A stretch of 64,000 nt of DNA, taken from NCBI RefSeq assembly GCF_002854065.1, contig NZ_CP024151.1, one strand, 5' to 3'. Under the pieces are notes generated by a model that was not told the DNA's origin, did not search any database, and saw nothing but the letters and a program-made list of their open reading frames with translations. Both the position numbers and the translations under genes were made by a program. Of the stretch, positions 19,968 through 30,213 are shown one piece after another; within the stretch, counting starts at the first letter, position 1; each line of letters starts with the position of its first letter. The DNA is from Escherichia coli. Lineage in GTDB: Bacteria > Pseudomonadota > Gammaproteobacteria > Enterobacterales > Enterobacteriaceae.

Positions 19968-22789
19968 AATGGCCCCTTCAATCGTTCTTTCTTATCATCC
20001 ACCATCTGTTTTAACGCATCTTCAGACGGTGTTGGCATTAATTTCTGTCGTTTATTTTCTTCATTATATCTGTTGTTTTGTTGAATTTCTTCCTGTTTGT
20101 GATTATTTTTTAACTCTGAATATTGTCTGTCTACAATATTTTCTTCGCCATGAATACTATTCTGAGTATCTCCGATATTCCCTTTATATTCTGTGACCAT
20201 ATTATCAACCTGATGTTTTACATCATTACGGATATTACTGTCCTGCGTTCTTTGATCAATAATGGCCTGATGCCCCTGATGGTCAGCAATAATATCCTGG
20301 CTGCCACCACCCGAAGGTACGCTCTCCATTCCTTTACCAATATCCCCACGGGATTCACGCCAGGCATTATCAACACCAGGCTGCACCTGTTCCTGAACAA
20401 AAGACCATGCCATCGCCCGACGGCGTTCTGCAATCTCCGGTGAACTGGTGTTTGTCAGAATAGCTTCGGCATCCTGCGGTGCGTGTTTCATCACATACTG
20501 TGCAAACTGTTGCGACAAATCTTCGCTCATCTGCCCACTCATGCTTTCAGTACGGGATGCCATTTCAGCATATTCATGGCTGCGGGTCATATTCGTCGTG
20601 TACTGGTCGTAACTCTGTTTCGCTGAGTTCAGGGCTGCAGACAACTGGTCCACGCGGGAATCGGCATTATTGTCAGTATGGCTGCCGGATTCACTGACTT
20701 TGCGACTGGTAAAGTAATCGCTGGCCTCTTTAAAGTCCTTACTGGCTTTAGCATCGATATCATGGCGAGCATCATGGGTAGCCCTGCTGCCACTACTTGC
20801 TGAATGTGAGTCATCATCCGTTGCATCCAGGCTCCCCTTAAATCCACCTCTGATGCCTACCCCACCACCAACACCAAGAATTTTAGGTTTAACCCCCCAT
20901 TCAGCATGAGCATCAGCATACATTCCACCAGATAGCCTGGTACTTGTTGATGCCAGTTCCTGAGTCGCCTGCTCATTACTGATATTATGCGCCTTCGCAT
21001 AGCTTTCCACTGCACTGCGCATACGGCTGGCCATCATGGAGTCCTGAGCACTCATCGTGCTGTCAGCACCACCGGTGACAGAATCACTGCTCCCCCGGTT
21101 AGAACCAAACTGACTGAGCGTGTTCCAGGCACTGGCAATACTGCTGCTGAACCCATGCAGGGCACTTTCTGCTCTGTTCGATGCTTCCCGGGCCATTTCC
21201 TGTTGTGCCGCCGCAATCTGACGCGTTGCATTGATGCCGACCGGTAACCGGGACATCGCTCCGCTTGCATCCATCACCATATTACCGTCACGGGTCTGTG
21301 TGGCGGTTGCGCCACTGCCGGTCTGGTACATCATCTGACCAAACGACGTGGTGCTGTTGGTGCTCCAGCTGAAGCCGTTAACATTCTCCGTCTGCATGTT
21401 GCCGTAGGAGTAATTACCGTCAACCACACTGCCTGCTGCACTGGCGGTCGGGCTGATAGCAGAGGAAGCGAAATGGCTGTACACACTGGAAAATCCTGCC
21501 CCGAGCCCCCTGACCATCATCCAGGATAATGGCGGGATCATCATGGAAAGATACCCGGCAGTGGAAGCCAGATCGGAGTATTTCAGCTGTATCTGTGAAA
21601 TTTCCGAGAGCACCACCGGTGCACCATTCTGCTTTGCATAAAATGTCATGGCGCTGTTCAGAATGGCGTACAACATTGGCCATGACTGCAACCACATCAG
21701 GGCAAACACATAGCCTTTCAGGACGGACAGCGTCAGTTTGTTGAAGACAGCCGCCAGTACCAGGAGCGGGAAAATACCGATGGCGATCCCCGTCAGGATG
21801 GTCTGCGTCATGGGCAGTGTCCGCATCGCCACATGACCGATGGAGACATGTGCCAGACGTTGCTTCTCCATCGATGATGTGGTGGCCAGATTCACCAGGC
21901 TGGCCGAATCACCATTACGTGCGGCATAACTGGTGATCCCCTCCTTCAGCGCATTGATGGTGACATTCTGGCGGATGATCTGGCTGGCTGATTTACTTGA
22001 GCCATAGAAGTAACTGTAACTGTCGCCAATCAGCGTACTGAACAACAGGTTCGGATCAGGGCGTCCACCAAATAGCTGCTGGGCATAATAATGCCATGTT
22101 TTTCCGCCACTCTGTGTGTCCAGATTCAGCTTGTCTTTCAGCGAAACCGACGCGTCCTTACAGGTCACGAAATTATTATTGCTGTCATAAACGCCCCGCA
22201 GCGGACTGGGGCGGGAAAAAATCAGCGTGTAAGGATCAGCGGAGGCCATCAGTTCCTCCAGCGTGTATTTGTGGTTCAGGTAAATATCCCCCATCACGCA
22301 GTTCTGCACATAATCCTGGAAAAGATTGGCGATTTCCGGATTACGGGACAAAAAGTCGGTGCTTTTTGATACCAGTTCTGCGCCAAACAGCATCCCCGTT
22401 TTGCTGTAGGTGACACTGTCCGGTTGCGTGAAGATCATCTCGTAACTGGCCACCATTGCATGCCCGATACGGGTCGTCAGTGAAAGTGGCATCGCCAGTC
22501 CGACCGGCACATTATCCACCCGGTGAACTTTGACCAGGTCACTGTTATCAATAATCTGCACCGATGTGCGGACATTAACCAGCAGGCTGATAAGCACAAA
22601 CACGGCCACCCAGCCCAGCAAATCCATCACGTTGTGCCGCTGTACCCACATTACGGCCACCGCGAGAACAGACAATGTGAGCGCAATTTTTTCAATGGAA
22701 TCCCACGTCCGGGTCCCCATAAAGGCGGCAATGGCATTCAGGTTATTCCGCAACCACTCACCACCGGCAATCACATAAACTTCATTCAC
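19964..22789 (-). CDS. traG: TraG (mating-pair stabilisation / entry-exclusion partner; VirB6-like N-terminal domain)
   Basis: 941 aa; multi-TM N-terminus and large periplasmic C-terminal domain; position after traH. Confidence 0.92.
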   Translation of the reverse strand: MNEVYVIAGGEWLRNNLNAIAAFMGTRTWDSIEKIALTLSVLAVAVMWVQRHNVMDLLGWVAVFVLISLLVNVRTSVQIIDNSDLVKVHRVDNVPVGLAMPLSLTTRIGHAMVASYEMIFTQPDSVTYSKTGMLFGAELVSKSTDFLSRNPEIANLFQDYVQNCVMGDIYLNHKYTLEELMASADPYTLIFSRPSPLRGVYDSNNNFVTCKDASVSLKDKLNLDTQSGGKTWHYYAQQLFGGRPDPNLLFSTLIGDSYSYFYGSSKSASQIIRQNVTINALKEGITSYAARNGDSASLVNLATTSSMEKQRLAHVSIGHVAMRTLPMTQTILTGIAIGIFPLLVLAAVFNKLTLSVLKGYVFALMWLQSWPMLYAILNSAMTFYAKQNGAPVVLSEISQIQLKYSDLASTAGYLSMMIPPLSWMMVRGLGAGFSSVYSHFASSAISPTASAAGSVVDGNYSYGNMQTENVNGFSWSTNSTTSFGQMMYQTGSGATATQTRDGNMVMDASGAMSRLPVGINATRQIAAAQQEMAREASNRAESALHGFSSSIASAWNTLSQFGSNRGSSDSVTGGADSTMSAQDSMMASRMRSAVESYAKAHNISNEQATQELASTSTRLSGGMYADAHAEWGVKPKILGVGGGVGIRGGFKGSLDATDDDSHSASSGSRATHDARHDIDAKASKDFKEASDYFTSRKVSESGSHTDNNADSRVDQLSAALNSAKQSYDQYTTNMTRSHEYAEMASRTESMSGQMSEDLSQQFAQYVMKHAPQDAEAILTNTSSPEIAERRRAMAWSFVQEQVQPGVDNAWRESRGDIGKGMESVPSGGGSQDIIADHQGHQAIIDQRTQDSNIRNDVKHQVDNMVTEYKGNIGDTQNSIHGEENIVDRQYSELKNNHKQEEIQQNNRYNEENKRQKLMPTPSEDALKQMVDDKKERLKGPL

Positions 22790-24162
22790 AGCGTGCTCCC
22801 TCCGAAGTGATAGTTGTTCTGGTAACGACTGAGCATGCGGGCGGAAAGCTGCTGACGCATGTAGCTCATCTGACGATCGACAACCAGCAGCGCATCCTGC
22901 TGTACCTGCACCTGTGACTGAAACGCCGCAATCTGCCGGGTGGCATCATTCATGTTGTCGTTAATATGTTCGATAACTGCTTCGTCATAATTTCCTGTGG
23001 CCACCATCGCCCGGGCCTGCTGTATCAGCTCCTGAATGTACTGCAGCAGGATGTCGTAACCGATATAGTCCGTCAGCTGGTAAATCATACTGTTGGAAAC
23101 ACCGAGCATTTGCGGGTCAACCAGGTATTTGAAGACGGGGATGGTGGTACTGGAAATAAAGCCTTTTTCCTTGTCATCCAGAGGCGTGTCACTGACCGCC
23201 TTGTTCTGAATGCTGGCCAGAAGTTTAGTAATCTGAGACTTCAGTGCATTATCCCGGCTGATGGTCACCGGTGTGTCTGCCACCACTTTCAGGCATTTAT
23301 CAGAATCGTTGCAGTGATAAATTTTTGCTGTGCCGCCTTCCATCATGGCCCGGATAATTGAGCGGTCAGTGGTTCTGGCTGATAGCGGTGTGATTTCGCC
23401 GTTGGGACCAAACACCAGTGAGCCGGTCAGCGTCATCACAAATTCTTTCAGCTCTTTGTTGCCATCAAACATTCTGTTTTTGGAAAGCGCATTCCACATG
23501 ATGTTGATGTTTTTGGTCACCCGCTCCTTATCCTTGTCGCTGGCTTTATCCCTGACGCTGTCAGATTTCCCGCCAACGGTACATCCCTGCCGGGAAGCCG
23601 CCCAGTCAGCAAAAATATTGCTCTCACCGGCAATGTCCTGACAGACTTTCTGCTGGGACACCTGCGTCCGGGGGAAAAGCCCGCCGATAATCCCCTGTGC
23701 AGCCTGGCAGGAACTGAGGTTCATACTGTTAATGTCGCTTGCCATTTTCTGCAGGAAGTCTTTTGCGGTTTTGATTTCCGGCACCGTTGTCTGCAGGGCA
23801 AGGTCAAAAAAGTAACCGGCAGCATTGCTCATAATCTGCTTAACAAAACGCTGCAGCTGCTCGCCATTAATAAAACTGAACGAACCGAGGTAGGCGTCGA
23901 TGCCGCCACATCCGGCATTGATATCCGGCAGCGTCATGGAAATCAGCTGAACATTTTTGACCTGAGTACGGGCATACAGGGAGCCACCGTAAGCATAACC
24001 GGCGGCCTGCCCCTGCCAGACGCCCGGCTGTGTGGTATTGGAGGCGAAGCCCAGCTTGTTAAAGAACTGATTCATGTCGCTGTTCACATCCGCTGACGCT
24101 GCGGGTGTGACCGTCAGTAAAGCAGCACAAAGAACCAGAAGAGGTTTAATGCGTGGCATCAT
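22786..24162 (-). CDS. traH: TraH pilus assembly protein
   Basis: 458 aa with signal peptide MMPRIKPLLVLCAALLTVTPAASA; F-like TraH family by sequence and synteny. Confidence 0.92.
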   Translation of the reverse strand: MMPRIKPLLVLCAALLTVTPAASADVNSDMNQFFNKLGFASNTTQPGVWQGQAAGYAYGGSLYARTQVKNVQLISMTLPDINAGCGGIDAYLGSFSFINGEQLQRFVKQIMSNAAGYFFDLALQTTVPEIKTAKDFLQKMASDINSMNLSSCQAAQGIIGGLFPRTQVSQQKVCQDIAGESNIFADWAASRQGCTVGGKSDSVRDKASDKDKERVTKNINIMWNALSKNRMFDGNKELKEFVMTLTGSLVFGPNGEITPLSARTTDRSIIRAMMEGGTAKIYHCNDSDKCLKVVADTPVTISRDNALKSQITKLLASIQNKAVSDTPLDDKEKGFISSTTIPVFKYLVDPQMLGVSNSMIYQLTDYIGYDILLQYIQELIQQARAMVATGNYDEAVIEHINDNMNDATRQIAAFQSQVQVQQDALLVVDRQMSYMRQQLSARMLSRYQNNYHFGGSTL

Positions 24163-24461
24163 TCTTGCCCTCCCTTAATTTGTTCTCCCGGCGCATACGA
24201 CATTTCAGCAGGAATATCCTGATATTTCCGTCCAGTCCTGCGGCTGTAATATATTTCAGACACCGAAATCCATCCCACAATTGCCCCCACAAAAAACACA
24301 ACAGAAACAGAAAAGGTAAGGCACAGCGAAACGACAATTTCTACAGGGCTGGCGGGATAAAAAAGCCCCTGACGGATAAAGGGGATATTCAGGCTGACGA
24401 TTATTCCCGTCGCGATGCCGGATATTCCGGCAATGAGTAACACCACCTGCTTATTTCGCAC
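24159..24461 (-). CDS. trbF: TrbF (small membrane protein)
   Basis: Hydrophobic ...NKQVVLLIAGISGIATGIIVSLNIPFIRQ...; proposed GTG start at 24461 preceded by GGAGGA; position between trbB and traH. Start uncertain. Confidence 0.5.
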   Translation of the reverse strand: MRNKQVVLLIAGISGIATGIIVSLNIPFIRQGLFYPASPVEIVVSLCLTFSVSVVFFVGAIVGWISVSEIYYSRRTGRKYQDIPAEMSYAPGEQIKGGQE

Positions 24462-24996
24462 CTTTTTTTCCTCCGTACATCTGCAGAACGGTATCCATCC
24501 GCGCCATAAAACCGGCGGCATCCGTTGCCCCCTGTAAAAGCGGTAATGCCTCAAGCGTGTTGACGTTGACCAGGAAGGTGGTCGGTGTGGCCACCGGGAT
24601 ATTCGGGAAGAAGGTCTGCATCACGTCCGGTGGCACCGGTAATGCTTCCGGAAAGGCGGTATCCCCCTGACCATCCAGGGTGTAGGGAAAAACGGAAAAG
24701 CCGTACTGCTGTGCCAACTGCTTCAGTACCGGGTCAAACTGGTGACAGTAAGGGCAATGCCCCTGCATAAACAGCACCACCTTCCAGTCGGCCAGGTTAA
24801 CCTGCCTGCCGTTGCTGAGGCGGAACCAGCGGGGAGCCGGCTTTTCTGTCCTGGCTGATGTGTCTGCTGCCGGTTGTGCAGGCTGCGCGGCCATGCCCTG
24901 CGGATTCCAGAGTCGTTCAATTTCATCCCGGGTGGAGGCCTGCACGGCAGCGGCTGCCAGCAACAGGGTGAACAACAGTGATTTAATGAGAGACAT
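24451..24996 (-). CDS. trbB: TrbB periplasmic thiol:disulfide isomerase (thioredoxin fold)
   Basis: 181 aa; signal peptide and CPYC active-site motif (..FMQGHCPYCHQFDP..). Confidence 0.9.
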   Translation of the reverse strand: MSLIKSLLFTLLLAAAAVQASTRDEIERLWNPQGMAAQPAQPAADTSARTEKPAPRWFRLSNGRQVNLADWKVVLFMQGHCPYCHQFDPVLKQLAQQYGFSVFPYTLDGQGDTAFPEALPVPPDVMQTFFPNIPVATPTTFLVNVNTLEALPLLQGATDAAGFMARMDTVLQMYGGKKGAK

Positions 24997-25267
24997 GTCT
25001 GCCCTCCTGCTGCCCTTCCATCATGGCCTGTTGTCTTGCTTCCAGCGCCTCACGCTCTTCCCGGCTGACACGGGCAATCCATGCATCCAGCACCTGGTAT
25101 GCGCCGAACAGCACGAGAATGGCCGCAATCAACTCCGCCAGAAAAAAAGCCATCCAGGGTTTGCTGTAAACAAGACGGGCGACGATATGAAACCAGACAC
25201 CCAGGGAAAATACCCACATTCCCGTAATATCAAGCCGGGGTAAAGAGAATCTGCGTTTACTTATCAT
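24983..25267 (-). CDS. traQ: TraQ pilin chaperone
   Basis: 94 aa inner-membrane protein, MISKRRFSLPRLDITGMWVFSLGVWFHIVA...; position and size match F TraQ. Confidence 0.85.
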   Translation of the reverse strand: MISKRRFSLPRLDITGMWVFSLGVWFHIVARLVYSKPWMAFFLAELIAAILVLFGAYQVLDAWIARVSREEREALEARQQAMMEGQQEGRHVSH

Positions 25268-25385
25268 GTTAAACTCCGGTTATTATTTACATGAGAGTAT
25301 TTATGTCTGTAATATTCGCGTTTGTGTGATATTAATCAGATCAACCTCATTATTTTGTATGGTTTTTATTACCGTTTTATATGAC

Positions 25386-25733
25386 TTAGCCTGTCATAAG
25401 CCCCCTTATAAAAAACCACATCACTCCGGACCATACTGATGACAACATAATACAGATAAATATTCTTCTGAACCCGTCGAAGCTCGTAACATTCGGTAAT
25501 GAGCCAATAACCATTGGAACAACCATTGCTGCGCCCTGATTCATAATTGCACCACACAGAAACCAGAGACTGGCAGTCAGCACATATAAACACGCGATAT
25601 TAATAACAAGGAAAACCAGTGAGCTCAGGAGAAACATTTTCCTGTCATTACGCTCAGAAAAAAAATAACCGGCAATAATGACAAATATTAACAGAACAAC
25701 ACCTGTAAACAGTTTCAAATAATCTTCACTCAT
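25386..25733 (-). CDS. trbA: TrbA (membrane protein)
   Basis: 115 aa, multi-TM; position between traF and traQ. Confidence 0.75.
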   Translation of the reverse strand: MSEDYLKLFTGVVLLIFVIIAGYFFSERNDRKMFLLSSLVFLVINIACLYVLTASLWFLCGAIMNQGAAMVVPMVIGSLPNVTSFDGFRRIFICIMLSSVWSGVMWFFIRGLMTG

Positions 25734-25748
25734 AAATCAAATCCGCGA

Positions 25749-26492
25749 TTAAAAATTGGGTTTAAAATCTTCAGAAACGTTTAGGAATTGTTTTGCCAGG
25801 TCGTCCTGCGAAATAAAGCCGTATGATAACGGGCGAACACTGCCCTGTTTCGGGTCAACCAGCATCATGGCCGGGAAATATTTCACGCCGAGGCGCTGCG
25901 CCTGCCCCTGGTCAGTCCGGGAATCCGGCAACAGCGGATTAATCACACCATCCACGGAAACGGGAATAACACTCAGACCATAGGTATCCCTGAAGCCATT
26001 AATGACCTGCGCCAGCTGCCCGTCGATGGGGTCCTGCCCCCGGTAAAAGAACATGATGCCGTAGTGTTCAGCCAGTTTCGCAATGGCCTGTCGCTGCTGC
26101 ACCTGGTCTGCCGCCAGCTGGTTCCGGACCGTGCCGTTGTAATGGCTGTACTGCAGGTTATAGTCCAGTTCGGGATGCGCCAGCATGGATTTTTTGGCGC
26201 TCATGGTGAAAAGCCCGGCCTGCTGAGTCCAGTAATTCTGCAGCCGGAAATATTTCACAAAATTATCCACGCCGGGATACAGAATAGCTTCGTACAGCGC
26301 CCGCTTTGTTGCCGTCTGCAGTGCGGCCAGTTTCTGCATAATGTCCGGCTCCTGACGGGGGGCTGCAGGTACTGGTTTATTTTCTTTTTCCTTCGGATTT
26401 ATTTTCTCGTTATACCACTGCCAGCCTGCATCTTTTCCTGACGCCGGAAAAATAAAGCAGCAGAGTAACAGTGGCAGTAATGCTTTATTCAT
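25749..26492 (-). CDS. traF: TraF pilus assembly protein (thioredoxin-like, lacks CxxC)
   Basis: 247 aa from MNKALLPLLLCCFIFPASG (signal peptide); F-like TraF family. Track ORF extends 10 codons upstream. Confidence 0.9.
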   Translation of the reverse strand: MNKALLPLLLCCFIFPASGKDAGWQWYNEKINPKEKENKPVPAAPRQEPDIMQKLAALQTATKRALYEAILYPGVDNFVKYFRLQNYWTQQAGLFTMSAKKSMLAHPELDYNLQYSHYNGTVRNQLAADQVQQRQAIAKLAEHYGIMFFYRGQDPIDGQLAQVINGFRDTYGLSVIPVSVDGVINPLLPDSRTDQGQAQRLGVKYFPAMMLVDPKQGSVRPLSYGFISQDDLAKQFLNVSEDFKPNF

Positions 26493-26745
26493 CTTCATTC
26501 CTTTCATCACTTTTTCTTTCATCAGGTTTCTGCAGGTCAGTCAGGGCAGAAAAACAAAAATACAGAATAAACAGGAGCACACCGGAGTAAAAAATAACGA
26601 AAGCAGCAGCAAGTATCTCACCTGCAGTGGTTTCTTTTACCGTATCCCACGACCAGATAATTACCGGGGAAATGACAATCGCTGTAATCAAAAGCCGGAT
26701 AAGAAAATCAATAAAACGGTTCGACGTGAATATGACTTTCATCAT
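26485..26745 (-). CDS. trbE: TrbE (small membrane protein)
   Basis: 86 aa hydrophobic protein between traN and traF. Confidence 0.7.
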   Translation of the reverse strand: MMKVIFTSNRFIDFLIRLLITAIVISPVIIWSWDTVKETTAGEILAAAFVIFYSGVLLFILYFCFSALTDLQKPDERKSDERNEDE

Positions 26746-26768
26746 TTTCCCCGGTTATTTTCCCTACC

Positions 26769-28577
26769 TTACTGTCCTGCCTGTTTCAGCTGGTCAGCAA
26801 TCTGCTCTTTCACTTTCTGCGTCAGAACACCACTGTCCGGGATTTTCTGGTTATTCATCAGGTCTTCGTAGAAGTTAGTGAAATCCAGTCTGTCGAACTG
26901 AATTTTCTGCAGCTCATCAACCGTAATCCCCCGACAGTCAGGATGCTTCGCACTGCCAAAACTGATACGCAGCTGTCCGTTGCGCCCCTGCTGCTGGACT
27001 ATCTGCGCCAGCTTCGAATCAAACTGACAGTAACTGCGTTTTTTCTCCAGGCAGACACCCAGCACTTTCTTCGAACAGAACTCTCCGACACTGACGGTCA
27101 GTTTGTTTGATTTTGCTTTAGCCAGGGCTTTTTCATCACTGCTGCATTTGGCCAGCCCGATATCCTGTCCCCAGCCGCTGTCCTTACAGCAGTTGCTGTA
27201 TCCGGCTGCAGCCTTCTTACAAAATTTCGCCTGACCGGTGAAAGCACGGACATCCACCCCGTTCAGCGCCGCAACATCCTTACCTGCTGCGGCCAGTGCC
27301 GCCAGCTGAGAAACGGCTTCGGCAAAATCATTACTCTTCCCGCTCTGAGCCTTATCGCATTCGCCATCGAGACAGAAGACGTCTCCCCCACAGACCATCA
27401 TTTTCCCGGATGTTTTTGACTCACAGGAGTACGTGGCATATTCATGCAGACAGGCACCTTCTTCGGAGTAAAAGGCGCACTGGTGTGACACCAGGGTACA
27501 GGCAGGATTGTCGGTGTAGGTCTGACAGGTTCCCTTGTCTGCTGACTGTGTGACATACGTGTCCCGGTATGCCCAGCAGCTCTGGTACATGCTGTATGAC
27601 TGACCGTCTTTCACCAGCGTCCTGTTCCCGCCAGCCTCCGTACATTCTGTTTTTGTCAGTTTCCCCAGCTCCTTGCTGAACGGGCAGCTTTCAGACCAGA
27701 CAACATACGGGGTGTACGAGGCTTTTTTTACCCTGACAACCAGACGCAGCTTCATTGCCGTATGACGTCTGAATTTTGTATTCCCGACCCGGACGGGGTG
27801 AGATGACGTAAAAGCCACACCGGCAGTCAGTGTTTTCTGTACTGGTGTAAATGAGGCATCTGCTGAGTATTTGGCATTCCAGCTCAGTGGGGTTCCCAGT
27901 ACTGTAATTGTCATAGGTACACTCTTCTGCAGGTAAGTACGACTCCAGCTGTAATGCGCATCGACAATTTCACCGGTAACGGGAGAGGTAATGGAGACAA
28001 CATACTGACCATTCACTTCACGTGCAGGTAGCTGACTCATTTCATACTCCAGCGTCCGGGTTTCCCATGTGGTACTCCCCTGCAGCTCCATACGGGCAGT
28101 TCGTGTGCAGTACTGCTCCACCTGTAAATCCCGCTCACAGGAGTAATTCGTGTATTCACTCCGGCTAATCTCCTGCGCACTGCACTGCTGCCCGGTGTTT
28201 CCCACAATGCTGTCAGCCCGGTTCACCACATCCCTGCCGGTCTGGATAAACGGTGCATCCGGTGAAAGAATGTCTTTCGGCTTGTTCATGAATGACTCTG
28301 TGATGGTTTTTCCGGTTTCACCGGTCGCCCATTCCGTGGTGCCGTCATTTTTCAGGCCGCCATCCCCGCCGGCAGTCACGCCACCGTAGTATTTTGTCTC
28401 GTCCGGATTCGCGTTATAGCCGGGGATACTCTCCTGTGGCTTAAAGCCCTGAATACTGCTGCTTCCCTGTCCTTTGATCTGGTGAGCAAAATCAGAGCCG
28501 GCCCGGTAATCACTGTTGCTGTCAGCCTGTGCCATGCCGGCAACCAGAGCCAGTATCAGAGGTAAAATACGTTTCAT
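26769..28577 (-). CDS. traN: TraN mating-pair stabilisation outer-membrane adhesin
   Basis: 602 aa, signal peptide, cysteine-rich C-terminal region (numerous C-x-C spacings) typical of TraN. Confidence 0.93.
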   Translation of the reverse strand: MKRILPLILALVAGMAQADSNSDYRAGSDFAHQIKGQGSSSIQGFKPQESIPGYNANPDETKYYGGVTAGGDGGLKNDGTTEWATGETGKTITESFMNKPKDILSPDAPFIQTGRDVVNRADSIVGNTGQQCSAQEISRSEYTNYSCERDLQVEQYCTRTARMELQGSTTWETRTLEYEMSQLPAREVNGQYVVSITSPVTGEIVDAHYSWSRTYLQKSVPMTITVLGTPLSWNAKYSADASFTPVQKTLTAGVAFTSSHPVRVGNTKFRRHTAMKLRLVVRVKKASYTPYVVWSESCPFSKELGKLTKTECTEAGGNRTLVKDGQSYSMYQSCWAYRDTYVTQSADKGTCQTYTDNPACTLVSHQCAFYSEEGACLHEYATYSCESKTSGKMMVCGGDVFCLDGECDKAQSGKSNDFAEAVSQLAALAAAGKDVAALNGVDVRAFTGQAKFCKKAAAGYSNCCKDSGWGQDIGLAKCSSDEKALAKAKSNKLTVSVGEFCSKKVLGVCLEKKRSYCQFDSKLAQIVQQQGRNGQLRISFGSAKHPDCRGITVDELQKIQFDRLDFTNFYEDLMNNQKIPDSGVLTQKVKEQIADQLKQAGQ

Positions 28578-29215
28578 TTCCCGGAATCTCCTTTCCCTGC
28601 CAGTAAATCATGAGCCACCTGCCGGCAGTCACCCGTGGCGGCCACTTTCTCCAGCGCCTGGCCGACCCGCAGGTTTCCCCGGATGATGTCGTATCCCTGA
28701 CTGCAGAACACCACCAGTGCCGGTACACTGCGAATGCCGTACTGTGAAAACAGCGTCGGGTCGATCTGAACACCATCAGTCGCGCCGTCTTTCACCAGGG
28801 ACAGTACGGCTTCAGCGGTGGTCTTCAGGTCATTGTTCACCATGCCCCGCAGTGTGGCGGGTATACCGTAGTGCCGGGTTTCGCCCAGCATTCGTTTCAG
28901 CCCCTCTTCGGGAATGGAAAACGACACAAAATACAGGGCACCCTGCCGGGGTTTCCCGTCCTGCGAAGCCTGCTGTTTACGAACCAGCTCATCCAGGAAA
29001 TGGTTATCTGAACGCTGAAGGGGGTTTTCCAGCACCTGCTTCTCCGCCCAGGCTTTCAGCTGATGGTCAGGTTTTTCACGCAGTTGTCTGCTTAAATTTT
29101 CCTGCTGCTTCAGGAACTGGCGGTTTTCAGGAGTGTTCACGTTTTCTGACGCCATAACCGCCCCGTTCAGCATCATCAGCAGTGCTGCCAGAGATTTCAT
29201 ACTCAGCTTCATCAT
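28574..29215 (-). CDS. trbC: TrbC pilus assembly periplasmic protein
   Basis: 213 aa with signal peptide; position between traU and traN. Confidence 0.88.
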   Translation of the reverse strand: MMKLSMKSLAALLMMLNGAVMASENVNTPENRQFLKQQENLSRQLREKPDHQLKAWAEKQVLENPLQRSDNHFLDELVRKQQASQDGKPRQGALYFVSFSIPEEGLKRMLGETRHYGIPATLRGMVNNDLKTTAEAVLSLVKDGATDGVQIDPTLFSQYGIRSVPALVVFCSQGYDIIRGNLRVGQALEKVAATGDCRQVAHDLLAGKGDSGK

Positions 29216-29220
29216 TCACC

Positions 29221-30213
29221 TCACAGGAAGACACAGTTACGTTTACGCCACATCAGGTAGCCGAAGTTTTTCTTTGTATTGGGCGGATTTTTCCCGGTTT
29301 CCCAGCGGGTCACACTGCGCCCGAACGGGTGGCACTGTCCGCTGTCCGGGTACATATTCACCATCTGATAACGCCAGCGTTCTTTGGGCAGGATTGGGGA
29401 CGGATATTCATTACAGACGGCGTTATTTTTCCCGATGGTTTCCATAATCATGCCCTGACGGTGCAGCTTGAACGCCATGCGTTCACTGACCAGCAGGGAG
29501 GACTGCAACGGACTGGACTCATTACTCACCCAGCCATTGAACGGGTACATACTGCCCTGCGAACCGGCACACCAGAACAGAACATCGAGAGGCATATTAA
29601 AGGCGCTGGCAATGGCATCTGCTGCACAGGCCCCCTGTGCTATCGGATTGGCAAAGATGACAGCTTCCGGATTGAGAATGGTGGTCAGGCTGCTGTCCGT
29701 CCAGGTGGGGTCAATTTCAGAAAGATAAGCGATATCCAGGTCACCACCTTCCAGACAGCCCAGCGATGTGATGATGTTAAGCCAGTACGTCAGCGGGTAT
29801 TTGTACCAGTGAACGTGATAGAACGCCCCGTTCACCTGCTTCTCATCTTTTTTCGCCGTTCCCTGTGCCGTTTTACCAAAAGCCGGCAGGCTGAAGCCCA
29901 GGTTAACCATGCATCCCGGTGACCGGGTGACGTCCGTCAGCGCCATCGGCTCCCAGTAACCAATGGCCAGCCCGATACGCCTGAACAGCGGCGGCGGTGC
30001 CGGACAAATCTGAATGGGCATCGACGGGTTCGCCGTGTCGGGGACCTTACCCTGACTGACTTTGATACTGCCCAGCGAGAGCGGGAAAATACAGCTCCAG
30101 CAGATATCCGTGATCGGGTTTACAAAACGCCCCTCACAGGCAGAATCCGCAGACGCTGCAGGGACATGACCGGCGAGAAGGAATAACATCAGCAGCCACA
30201 GGCTTCGCTTCAT
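29221..30213 (-). CDS. traU: TraU pilus assembly/DNA transfer protein
   Basis: 330 aa, signal peptide MKRSLWLLMLFLLAGHVPAASA; conserved TraU family sequence. Confidence 0.92.
   Translation of the reverse strand: MKRSLWLLMLFLLAGHVPAASADSACEGRFVNPITDICWSCIFPLSLGSIKVSQGKVPDTANPSMPIQICPAPPPLFRRIGLAIGYWEPMALTDVTRSPGCMVNLGFSLPAFGKTAQGTAKKDEKQVNGAFYHVHWYKYPLTYWLNIITSLGCLEGGDLDIAYLSEIDPTWTDSSLTTILNPEAVIFANPIAQGACAADAIASAFNMPLDVLFWCAGSQGSMYPFNGWVSNESSPLQSSLLVSERMAFKLHRQGMIMETIGKNNAVCNEYPSPILPKERWRYQMVNMYPDSGQCHPFGRSVTRWETGKNPPNTKKNFGYLMWRKRNCVFL

Noticed and set aside
25270-25600. Search for an anti-oriented artA-like ORF between traQ and trbA, and for trbJ between trbB and trbF
   Set aside because: No plus-strand ORF of 60 codons or more in the traQ-trbA interval and no room for a trbJ-sized gene between trbB and trbF; my recollection of the F gene order is not firm enough to call these absences meaningful.
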